From: Balanoglossus misakiensis
Taxonomy: Eukaryota > Animalia > Hemichordata
Reading direction: 5' to 3'
Length of the DNA: 64,000 nt
Assembly: GCA_040954595.2 (NCBI GenBank)
Contig: CM082585.2
Location: forward strand, 1,640,802 to 1,704,801
Each line of letters starts with the position of its first letter. The first letter of the stretch is position 1. A model generated the notes under the pieces. It saw nothing but the letters and a program-made list of their open reading frames with translations. It had not been told where the DNA came from and did no database searches. Positions 12,257 through 23,767 of this stretch are shown piece by piece. Both the position numbers and the translations under genes were made by a program.

Positions 12257-13730
12257 TTGGGTTACCCCTAGGAATATTCCTACCATATTTCAAAGCCATC
12301 AAAAAAGCAGTTTCAAAGAAAAACACATTTGTTCAAAAGTGGCAAAAACACAAATATGCAAACATCTCTATAATTGTACACCATCTTACTTCAATCACTA
12401 CAAGGAACATTCCTGCCAAAATTCAAAGCAATCTGACAAGGGTTTGAACGGTTTAACAGAAAACAGTTTTTGACAAAGATTGCAAAAAATATCCCCAATA
12501 ACACAAGCACGCAGTTTTAACCATTTTTATGACATCTTCCTTGGGTTACCCCTGGGAATCTGCCTACCAAATTGCAAAGCATTCTGACCATAATTGGCAA
12601 AATTGCTCAAAATTATAAATATGCCTATTTTACAACAATCTGAACAAAAAATATGGTAACTCGGACCACCCATAGGAAGCTTCATACTAAATTTCGAAGG
12701 AGTCGGACTATCGCTTTCAGAAGTGAAGATTTTTTTTTACCAATAATGTGGAAAAAGACAAAAAAAATTAATAAACATTAGAAAATTCATAATATTAGCT
12801 CACAACATACAGGACTGTATGGGGTTCATTGACATGCCAATCTGACCAGTGGTTGTCAAGTTTCTGACTTTTGACCAATTTCACATTTACACAGGTAATA
12901 TTTTGGCAATGACAATTTCATTTGAACAAAATCCCATCTACAGCCCCGCCTGCATCTACACACTAAATATGGAAGTGATATGCCCAGCGGTTTTCATCCA
13001 TTCACTCATACATACAAATGCAACTGATTCCATAAGGTCCCAATCGTATATATGTACATAAACCAAATGGGACCTAAAAATTGCTCCAAAATTATAAATA
13101 CGCAATTTTTGGCAACAATTTAAACAAAACTATGGTTGGTAACTCAGATCACCTATGAAGCTTCATAATAAATTTCAAACAAGTCAGCTGATCAATTCCA
13201 GAAAAGTAGGTTTTTACCGACAATGTGGAAAGAGAAAAAAAAATGCTTAAAAATAGAAAATTCACATTATTAGCTCACAACATGTAGAATTGTGAGAGGA
13301 TACCATAAGGTACATGCATACCAATTATCAATTTTGAAAGCAATTTGCCCAGTAGTTGTTGAGTTCCCAAGTTTTGACGAATTTGACACTTTCCCAGCTA
13401 ATTTGCATATTTTGGCAATGACAACTTCACTGAGACAAACTCCCATCTACTGCCCTGTCTGCACATTAAATATCAAGGTGAAATGCCAGTAGTTTCCAAA
13501 TGTTTGATGTTGATGGACATACAAACATCCATACATACAGGTGCAACTGATCCCGTAAGGTACCATGGTATAAATACATATACCAAATGGGACCTAATAA
13601 TTCTGATAAAATGCGTACATACGTACATACATACAAGTCAGCAATAAGGAGACGGGATAGTGGGCTGGCACTGAGTGTCTATTTCTATTGCAAATTATAA
13701 ACATGCAGCAAGTGTAAAAACCACATGTAC

Positions 13731-13870
13731 CTTCAACGTCCTTGGACAACACATTTTTGTAACTTTCCCAGATCAATGGCTAATATTACTTGCCAAAGGC
13801 GACTAGAATTTTGAGGGCCTGATGCAAGTCTGATACATGTACTTCATGATTTAGAGATATGATGAAAATC
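13731..13870 (-). other. Possible exon of the minus-strand spliced transcript (copy 2)
   Basis: ttgacag|GATTTT ... GTTGAAG|gtacat. Paralogue of 6468-6583. Confidence 0.25.
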
Positions 13871-15070
13871 CTGTCAACCGAATTACAGGGAAATCAGATT
13901 TTCCATGTAAAATCATATCACCCAAAAGTGTCAAAAATAATTTTGAAACAAAAAGTCTACTCAAAATCATACCAAAATTTAAATGTTAATGCAGTACGTT
14001 AGGCAAGCAATTTGAGAATGAAGAAACTTACAAAATAATTTATAAATTGTAAATAATTTACAAATGCCGCACACAAACTTACAATTACTACCATATTACT
14101 GAACATGTTAAAAGGACATTGTACCAGCAGAGACATTGTGATCGAGCAATCCCCAAGATATACATGACATGGTCTAATTACAAATATTGAATATGTAAAA
14201 TATGTACACAACACTTCCAGTCTTACAGTACAGTCAGCTGCTTGTGAACAATAGTCATGTAGCTATTTCATCAAATTTACAGCCCAAGTCTTGCCTATAC
14301 AATTCTCCCTACTTTAAACACGTTTTAAGCTACCCTAAATGAGTGATGAAAATCTCATACGGTCGATAATTTCAAGATGGCCGATTTTTGCCATGTTAAA
14401 GAAATGGGAGTTCATAAGCTAAAATGATGATGGGTCATTCTTGAACTTTTTAACAGAAAAAATAGCAAAAGTGAAAAAAAGTTTAATATGCTAACTACCG
14501 AGACAGAAATGTTTGACCGAAGGAAGTCATGAAATACAGTAAACATATCATTTCTTCTATCTCTTACTACAGTTGGTTATGGACTTTCCGCCCAGAATGC
14601 AATGAGATTTGACACCTAGCGCAAAGTGAAAAACCTATTTAAGGCAGCCAGAATTTTCTGCATAGTATGACGGAAACATTTGTAAAGTCATGGCTAGCAT
14701 GGGTTGGCAGGTTTATGGGACCCGCTCAGGTTCCCTCGAATAACACATAATGCATGATTGGTGACTGATTATTGTTTATTTGTTGATTTTGTCACATTTT
14801 CAGAAAAATCCCTATCAATCAGTCATATTTGTTTGGCCTTGCTATACAGCGCAATATGAATCTTGTTGACTGAAATTGTTGAGGATAGTGGTACATAAAG
14901 GTTACCAATTGGAAAATATTAAAATGATTATTAGTGGTGTCCAACTCTTCATGATAACCAGTTGTGGCTTGCCACCACCATAATTTTAAAAGGGTGACTT
15001 CACTATTTGATGGGAAAAGGTAGCATTTACAAACAAGCTATGGAGCATGTATACAGCAAGGTGTGCTTAC

Positions 15071-15143
15071 CGGAAAGCGGTCTTGGATCAGGCCTAAGTA
15101 TTCTCTTCCTCCTCCGGCATACGTTGAAATGCTGTGTTTAAGA
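15071..15143 (-). ncRNA. Putative 73-nt exon 'A' (copy 2)
   Basis: Same acceptor, donor and branch-like context as 8337-8409. Confidence 0.55.
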
Positions 15144-15481
15144 CTGTGAATCAAATATATGCAAATATTAATTAGTAACCAATCAACCTTGCTTTAGAAT
15201 TATGTGGGCCATACAAATTAGTGAAAATATGCAAAACATGGTATAATATAGGGTCAGAAAAAATTTCCAGCCTGTTTGTGTCATGATTTACATTTTTCTT
15301 TCTGGCCTAAAGTATTGTTTTATTTCACTCTAAACAACATTACTTTCCTTCATGCGTCTAATATAATAACAGATCTCTTAGCCAGTTTGATTAAGCATAG
15401 TTTTGGACTAGCACACGTTCAGCCAAAGTTAAAGTATCTCCCTGTGTATTGATATGGGAGTAATTTTAGCTATATGGTTAA

Positions 15482-15828
15482 AGGGACAAAGTCTCTCTGT
15501 CGCTGTCCTTTTTCCATTAATTATGTTTGATACAAGACACTGTTTATGTCAATGTACATTTGGATATATAGTGAATAAATGATCAACCACACAAAACTTC
15601 CATCCCGCTTGTATGATATGAGAGTAAAAACTCGCCCAAAATGAATAAATGGTAAAGAACGATTATTCATTTTGGCGAGTATTTTTACTCTCGTGTCTAC
15701 AAGTGGGACGGAAGTTGTGTGTGGCTGAACGTTCATTCACTATATATCTACATGTAGAATAACAAACGGTGTCTTGTATCAAATATAATTAATGGAAAAA
15801 AGGGCAGCGAGAGAGAGACTTTGTCCCT
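15482..15828. mobile_element. Kolobok-like palindromic MITE (347 bp) with TTAA TSD
   Basis: TTAA + agggacaaagtctctct ... agagagactttgtccct + TTAA. Empty site 'ggttaaggaaatgc' at about 9360 in the paralogous copy. Confidence 0.93.
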
Positions 15829-16070
15829 TTAAGGAAATGCATCCACATTTATTTTATGCTCCACGTGAAGATTTGAACTTGTGAGTTGTCCATCTAATTC
15901 ATGACATCACGATCATATCACAAGCAATCGAGGCCAGAATTCGAAGGGGAAAAAACAGGTACATTGTATTGAAAGCTGGAATATGTAAATTAGTTCGTAG
16001 ACATACATTTCTTCCTATTGTTTCGGTTGCAACACCCGATAAAAGCAAATATAAAGCAAGTCATGCTTAC

Positions 16071-16145
16071 CATTGAGCGGTCTTAAACTCGCCCCGGACA
16101 AGGAAGAGAATCCCGAGTTGAAACGCAGACAGTTTCAGGCAGCAT
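16071..16145 (-). ncRNA. Putative 75-nt exon 'B' (copy 2)
   Basis: TACTAAC branch point, tttgattcacag| acceptor, |gtaagc donor. Confidence 0.55.
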
Positions 16146-16348
16146 CTGTGAATCAAATAGACATAGAAGTTAGTAACCAGTCATAGAAGCTCTGCGTGGC
16201 AGGGCTGCGTGTTAACGGCTATACCATAGCTCCCACTGGTAGCTTATAACAGTCTCAATGGTGCCAAAAATCTCCCCAACAACAAAACCAACCCTGGTCA
16301 GTTTATTCGCTATCGCTTTGCCTTAAAAGTTATACTGTAGTGTGTTAC

Positions 16349-16763
16349 CACAGGGGGCTCCTCCCTCCGCGATTTTATTGTTTGTTTGTTGTTGTTGATT
16401 GGCATAATAAACAAATACATATTTCATTATTAATAAATATGGTTTGTTGACATGTAAGTGTTAGGGTATATTCAACAGTTAGGGTTACTGTTGGCATTTT
16501 TTTCGATCCACGGCCCCGGGCATCACTAAGCCACAGGGGGTGGGGGGGGGGGGGTTTGGGGGGGTGATGCCGGCCATGGATCGAAAAAATGCCAACACTA
16601 ATTCTAACCGTTGAATATACCATAACCTGTCAAATATACCCTAATAACCTAACCCTTACATGTCAACAAACCATATTTATTAATAAAGAAATATGTATTT
16701 GTTTATTATGCCAATCAACAACAACAAACAAACAATAAAATCGCCTAGGGAGAGCCCCCTGTG
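16349..16763. mobile_element. Foldback MITE (415 bp), CACAG...CTGTG termini, 7-bp TSD
   Basis: About 170-bp imperfect TIRs. TSD gtgttac at 16342-16348 and 16764-16770. G-rich centre. Confidence 0.88.
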
Positions 16764-17008
16764 GTGTTACGGTACCACCTGCTCCACAATAACAAAGCTG
16801 ACTCGAGCCAACGAACGACGTACAATTTACTCGCACGGTGTAATATAACGCACAAATTCCATGCGACTGTGAGTTTACTGTTTGGTGCTGTAACGCTTCC
16901 CAAAGTCAGAATTTCGATGTTGGGGGGACCCTCTCGCCCTACCACGACCAGTTTTTGCTAGAAGGAGTGTACATGTACTTGTAAAATAACATTAAATGCC
17001 ATGCTTAC

Positions 17009-17110
17009 CAGAGAAACGACATCATCAAGCATGGAGGCGACCGGGACCTCCATGCTTGATGAACGTCAAAGCTGCAATGATTTTTCAAATGCAATGGTCA
17101 GCGGTACGAG
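17009..17110 (-). ncRNA. Putative first exon with a perfect 16-bp hairpin (5' end approximate)
   Basis: Donor CTG|gtaagcatg is the same 9-mer as the exon B donor. Stem tcatcaagcatggagg (17022-17037) / cctccatgcttgatga (17047-17062). Confidence 0.45.
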
Positions 17111-17620
17111 AACGAGGCACCAGCTGTGCGTCAATTATGCAACTTACTTACTACTCAATCAGAATCCTGCTTCAACATGACGTAACACTAATTAGTCAAA
17201 GAATGCAATGCAACGTATGTGTGCGGGTGGAGAATGCGCCTCACGTCAATGCAGACACACCAGACACACACACTGAAATGCAAATTGAGGAATTATGTCA
17301 CGGTGTTCTTTGGAAGTGCGAATGAATAAAATATTTCGTTTTCTTCAGTGTTTTTGTACTACAAAAAAAATTGCTAAAAAACGACTAGCAAGCGCTTATG
17401 CAATGAAATACAAATAAATATAATTATCGCCAATTGGAAATGGAACGTCAATCCGCATTTGTCAAAAAATAACAGAAAAGACAAAGGAGCTGAGACGTCC
17501 TGAAATAAAAGGAATGACCTCTCTGTTCTGACCTGTATGAGGAAGCCCTATTGTAATACGCAATATGTCGGATCATGCTACCATCCGCCATTCTGATTGG
17601 ACGAGAGATCAATCCATCGA
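17110..17620. promoter_or_regulatory. CpG-enriched promoter-like region
   Basis: Locally raised CpG, several CRE-like half-sites (tgacgt, cgtca), and ccgccatt next to gattgg (CCAAT) at about 17585-17600. Confidence 0.3.
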
Positions 17621-19330
17621 TACGAAAGTACTCAATAGAGCACTGCTAAAACTGGCCCCTGAACTAATAGCATGCAACAGGGAAAACTTGACTAAATAAA
17701 AAAAAATATAGCTGATAAATTTACGGACGGCCGGTTTATTTTTTAACTGCTCTAATGGAACTGTTGTCACTGTCATGCACGATGCATGTCTTGTCATTGC
17801 GCACTCGTGTTAACATTCATCAGAGCGCCTTTCGATCAATTCGTAACGTTTACATTAGACTCGAGTTCATTTTCGTTATGAAAATGACATTGATATACAC
17901 AAAGTCGATTACTGATATAAAATAATAGCAATAACCCTAACCATAGATTAGGCTATAGCATTCCGGTAATTTTTTCAATATCACTCAGGAAGGATTCTAT
18001 AACATTCTGTTTTGTATCGGGATGTATAATTTAATATCCATACTACAAAACAAATATCAGCGGTAACTCAGAAAATATTGTTGAAAATTTGTTCTCTGTA
18101 GGCCTAACCATGGTAAGATAATGCAATGCCGGTAAGTATTTTGGAAGTCAAGGTTGCATTGTATTGTCTGGTGTTCAAATAATCACAAACATCCCGGAAG
18201 ACTAAATTCTTTCTGTCAAAACCACTTCTGCAACGACAAGATTTTTCAGGGCAGGCAAAACCATGGCATGAAGACGATATGAAGTCGATGAGTTAATGTT
18301 ATGTTGAACCCGGCCACTTTACGTATCTTAACTATTCACACATTGACCATTCTATAATTCTCTCCCTTTTGATGTCTTCTTTGTGGTTTGTTTGTAAAAA
18401 TGTTGCCTGTGTTGAAACTTGACTACTTGTCACTTTTGCCTACCAAGAATAATATGACCAAAAGGGGTGGCATGAAATTCTAGACTGTAACAAAACTCGA
18501 TTTCATGACCCAAAGTTTGATTTTATGTGTTTTTGGTTTGGACGTGGCAAAGACATGTAAATTCCGACCACCTATACACCATCCATACATGTATGAATCG
18601 ACATCATTTATTGCACGAGAGACTTCAAGCAAGCATTCCATCATCGCAAAAGGACAAAGAGAGAGCGACTTTGTCTCTTTAAAGTAATTTAGCAAGTTCA
18701 AAGTGAATGCCCACATGAAAACCTTTACTCAGCAATTTTTTTTGTAATTAATAAAACTAGGTTTGGTATGTTTTTGCGCTTGTTTTATTTTCCTTTTGTC
18801 TATAAATAGTCGTATATTTTAAAACAGCTAAAATGAGTCAAATGGGGCATTTTTCCATCCCACCTCATCCTAGCTAAGAGCTTCAGTGCCGGTCACCTCC
18901 ACAAAATTAATTTACCACGAACAAATTGAAATACAGCCAATCGGAAAAAGTGCGCCACCACATGGTCATTTGAAGACTTTTATGCTCTCTTCTGGCCGTA
19001 AACGCATGTGATCTGGAATAAATCGAACATCGATCGTGTTTTATTTATTTTCACCACCAGCGAAAATCTACGACGGCCCAACCGCAGATTATTGCTGCTC
19101 CATACAACAACCGGCTTAAACTGTTCTGTGCATGTGTTTTGTGTTCTGGTGGCGTTTGCGGGTCTGAGACGTCATTTGTAGAAGGCCCTATTCGTTTTCT
19201 ACCAATAACTTTTACCAACCATGCTAGAACTATTTCGTTTTCTTTGACGACGCTTGACACTTTTCTTGCTTTGTTGTTAGTACATGTAGTTTGTTTGTTC
19301 GTTACGTCTGTTACTGGGGTTCTTCACTTG

Positions 19331-22300
19331 TAGTCTGGTTACACTATGAGATAGGTGCCGTTAATCAGAATTTTTGGTAAGGAAGGTTTGAGAAGTCCAT
19401 TCTATGTAAAAAATGGTGCTCATTCCAAAAAAGTCAGTCTTATTAACCCCACTCAAGACAAAATTGCCATTTTGGCCATTTTTAACCCCAAAATGGTCTT
19501 TTTTAGAAAACACTAAAAACACATTGTTTTCGTCACATTCTGAGATCTGATAACATATGATATGCTTATTCTATGTAAAATTTGGTGAATATTACGAAAA
19601 AAGTAGTTCGATTGACCCAAAACAACAGAAAATTGCCTTTTTGACCAATTTTTGCCCCAAAAACGTCATTTTTAGAAAAAAAATAAAACACACGGTTTTC
19701 TTCATAATGATTGATCTGGTGATATATGGAAAGTCAATTCTATGTTAAAAGTGGTGACTTTAAAAAATAAAGCAGTCTTTTTGACCTCAATCAATACAAA
19801 AATGCCATTTTTGGCCACTTTTTGTGGTCAAAAAAGGTCATTTTTACAAAAAAACTAAAAATAAATTGTGTTTATCATATTCAGAGATCATTGGATATAT
19901 GAAATGTCCATTCTATGTAAAAAATGGTGCTGATTCCAGAAATAGCAGTCTTATTGACCCTACTCAAGAAAAAATGCCATTTTTGCCACTTTTTGCCCCA
20001 AAACGTCATTTTCAGAAAACACACAAAATTTATATATTTTCTTCACTTTCGGAGATCTGATAATGTATTATATGCCCACCCTATGTAAAATCTGGTGATT
20101 ATTCGAAAAAAGCAGATTTATTGACCCAACCTAATGCAAAAATGCCCTTTTGGAAAGTTTTTGCCCAAAAAGGCCATTTTTAGAAAAAAATTTAAAAACA
20201 AACTTTTCTTCATAAAGCTCAGAGATCATGTGATATATGAAATGTTCATCCTATGTAAAAAATGGTGCTGATTCCAGAAATAGCAGTCTTATTGATCCTA
20301 CTCAAGAAAAAATGCCATTTTGCCACTTTTTGCCCCCAAAACGTCATTTTCAGAAAACACTCAAAATTTATATATTTTCTTCACTTTCGGAGATCTGATA
20401 ATGAATTATATGCCCACTGTATGTGAAAAATTTCCAAAAAAGCAGTTTTATTGATGCCACTCAAGATAAAAGTGCCTTTTTGGCAAGTTTTTGCCCAAAA
20501 AGTGTCATTTCTAGAAAATACGAAAATTATGCCATTTTCTTCCCATTGGTGATCAAATGATAAATAAAAGTACTAAAAAACCCACTCTTACTGACCCCAC
20601 TGAGGGAAAAAAATATCATTTTGGCCTCTTTGCTCAAAAAGGTAACTGTTAGAAAAAATAAATACAAACTTATTCCTTAATATTCAGAGCCCTTGTGATG
20701 TATGTAAATTCGTTTTTTGTGTGTGTGTGTGTGCAAAAAATATGCTGATACCAGCACAACGGTCTTATTGAGACACCCCGCTCAGTACAAAATTGCCATT
20801 TAGCCATCTTTTGGTCAACAATAGGCATTTTCAGAAAACAAATATAATTGATGTTTTTGCCTTTTGTGTTCTGATGTTGTATATGCATATTTAAAACGCC
20901 ATAACCATATAATGTCAATTAAATTGATGATATTGAAAGACAGGGTTGCCACAATTTGGCAAATTTAGCCCAAAACTGAACTTAACAATAAGATGATCCA
21001 TGTATACGCACTGTCTACTATAAGTCGATTATGCGTGGTGTGGAATATTTAGGTTCAGATATGCCAGCTCGGGAGAGAGTGTTGAAATTTATTCTCTTCA
21101 ATCTGAATACAAAATCAGAAATTATATTATAATTTATATCATACTGATTTGACAGGAGTGCAACGATGCTAGAATACTCAATAGAGCACTGCTAAAACTG
21201 GCCCCTGAACTAGCACGCAGCAGGGAAAATGTGGGTTTAAACTAAATAAACATAAAACCCTTGACGTTTTAATTTGGAACTGCTGTATGGGAATATTTGG
21301 GCAATGTGCAATGCCTTTCTTTTGTCATCTGTATCATGTTTAGAGCTTGGTCCCGGGCGGCGTGTTTACATTCATTGACGCGAGTTTTGTTCCATTCGTA
21401 ACTTCTTTTCCTCTCGACGCTGTTTCATCATCATTATGAGTTCAACTTGGGCTAATTTTGCAAAAACTCCAAATACAAACATTTTTTCGGTACAAAATGG
21501 CTAAAATGATACTTTTTTCTTGAGTAGATCTATTTTTGGCTACAAATAGCAAAAAAGGCAATTTTGACAACCAGAGTGCCGTTTTTGGAATAGTCACCAA
21601 ATTTTACACAGAATGGACTTTTCATACATGATCAGATCTCTGAATATGGAGAAAACAATTTGTCTTTAGTTTGTTTGTTTTTAATGAACATTTTTGACCA
21701 AAAAAGTGGCCGAAATTACAAATTTCAATTGAATAGGGTAAGTAAGACTTCCGTTTTTGGAACAGTAACCACGTTTCAATATAGAATGGGCTTTTATTTA
21801 TAATAAGATCACCGAAAGTGAAGAAAAGAGAATGCTTATTAATATATTCTTAAAAATAACAATTTTGTGCAAAACTTAGCCAAAAAGGTGATTTCGTCAT
21901 GGTTGAGGTCATTAAGACTGCATTTCTGGAATCAACACCTATTTTACAATAAATGTACTTTTCACACATCATAGAATCTCCAAATAAGAATCAAACAGTT
22001 TGTTTATAATGATTTTCGAAAAGTGGCTTTTTGGGCAAAAACTTGTCAAAAAAGCACTGTTTTCTTGAGTGGCGCTAGTAATTTTTTTTTGAATTTTTTC
22101 ACATAGAGTGGGTACATAATACATCATCATCTCCGAAAGTGAAGAAAATATAAAAGTTTTGGGTGTTTTCTAGAAATGACACTTTTTGGGCAAAAACTTG
22201 CCAAAGGGCACTTTTATCTTGGGTGGCATCAATAAAACTGCTTTTTTGGAAATTTTTCACATAAAGTGGGCATATAATACATTATCAGATCTCCGAAAGT

Positions 22301-23409
22301 GAAGAAAATATATAAATTTTGAGTGTTTTCTGAAAATGACGTTTTTGGGGCAAAAAGTGGCAAAAATGGCATTTTTTCTTGAGTAGGATCAATAAGACTG
22401 CTATTTCTGGAATTAGCACCATTTTTTACATAGGTTGAACACTTCATATATCACATGATCTCTGAGCTTTATGAAGAAAAGTTTGTTTTTAATTTTTTTT
22501 TCTAAAAACGGCCTTTTTGGGTAATAACTTTCCAAAAGGGCATTTTTGCATTAGGTTGGGTCAATAAATCTGCTTTTTTGGAATAATCACCAAGTTTTAC
22601 ATAGGATGGGCATATAAGTGAAGAAAATATATAAATTTTGAGTGTTTTCTAAAAATGACGTTTTGGGGCAAAAAGTGGCAAAAATGGCATTTTTTTTCTT
22701 GAGTAGGGTCAATAAGACTGCTATTTCTGAAATCAGCACCGTTTTTTACATAGAATGGACACTTCATATATCCAATGATCTCTGAATATGAAAAACACAA
22801 TTTATTTTTAGTTTTTTTGTAAAAATGACCTTTTTTGACCTCAAAAAGTGGCCAAAAATGGCATTTTTGTATTGATTGAGGTCAAAAAGACTGCTTTTTT
22901 TTTTAAAGTCACCACTTTTAACATAGAATTGACTTTCCATATATCACCAGATCAACTATTATGAAGAAAACCGTGTTTTTTAATTTTTTTCTAAAAATGA
23001 CGTTTTTTTGACAAAAAATGGTCAAAAAGGCAATTTTCTGTTGTATTGGGTCAATCGAACTATTTTTTTCGTAATATTCACCAAATTTTACATAGAATAG
23101 GCATATCATATGTCATCAGATCTTAGAATGTGACGAAAACAGTGTGTTTTTAGTGTTTTCTAAAAAAACACCATTTTTGGGTTAAAAATGGCCAAAATGG
23201 CAATTTTGTCTTGAGTGGGGTCAATAAGACTGACATTTTTGGAATCAGCACCATTTTTTACATAGAATGGACCTCTCAAACCTTCCTTACCAAAAATTCT
23301 GATTAACGGCATCTAGCTCCTGGACTAGGTCCCCTGCCCCATTCCCACTGCCATCGGCGCTACGCTCAAGGGCGCAGCCAGCGGTGGGAATGGGGCAGGG
23401 AACAGACTA
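19331..23409. mobile_element. Academ(H)-like non-autonomous element with 9-bp TSD, carrying a 4-kb foldback
   Basis: Termini TAGTCTG ... CAGACTA. Perfect TSD cttcacttg at 19322-19330 and 23410-23418. GC-rich palindrome ccctgccccattcccac...gtgggaatggggcaggg near the right end. Confidence 0.8.
19348..23319. repeat. Foldback with arms over 1 kb, built of ~170-bp tandem repeats
   Basis: gag.taggtgccgttaatcagaatttttggtaaggaaggtttgaga at left is inverted at 23275-23319. The 'ctatgt.aaa' marker recurs at about 19400, 19568, 19737, 19911, 20080, 20248 and 20420. Confidence 0.9.
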
Positions 23410-23513
23410 CTTCACTTGTGGAATAAAGTGCTCATTTCTTGTGTATCTGCATTTTGTCGATGTTATCGCTCCTCTGGCAGAGAAGCCAGGGTGCTAGCTG
23501 TTGGCTTTAATAA

Positions 23514-23767
23514 GGGACTGTTCAGAATTTACTTCCAGGGGGCGGAGAATTTTCAGAGGGGGGGGGGGACCACCCATTTTCTCCAAGACAAATTAGGGGA
23601 GACTAGACATAAAAGTCACAATAGGGGGACCATGGAAAATCCCCAGGAAATTTAAGGGGGGACCACATATTTCCTCCACAATTTACTAGGGGAGACCATG
23701 GGAAAAAATCACCAGGAAAATAAAAAATCCTCCATCCCCAACTTGGAAGTAAATTCTGAACAGTCCT
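23514..23767. mobile_element. PIF/Harbinger-like MITE
   Basis: taa + gggactgttcagaatttacttcca ... tggaagtaaattctgaacagtcct + tca (imperfect TSD). Confidence 0.75.

Larger units (their letters stand above)
12320..16192. repeat. Tandem segmental duplication, copy 2
   Basis: Collinear with 4130-9708. Includes HINE termini at about 13000-13080 and 13510-13600. Confidence 0.9.

Noticed and set aside
15071-16145. Protein-coding reading of exons B+A (CCLKLSAFQLGILFLVRGEFKTAQCLKHSISTYAGGGREYLGLIQDRFP)
   Set aside because: Four of five copy differences are synonymous in this frame, which is suggestive. But splicing from the 17009 donor puts TGA at the junction, and I recognise no homologue. Not excluded if another upstream exon is used.
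16349-16400. RAG/Transib recombination signal
   Set aside because: No nonamer at 12 or 23 bp, and the TSD at CAC termini is 7 bp rather than 5.
16459-16660. TTAGGG/CCCTAA motifs
   Set aside because: Isolated units inside MITE arms, not a telomeric array.
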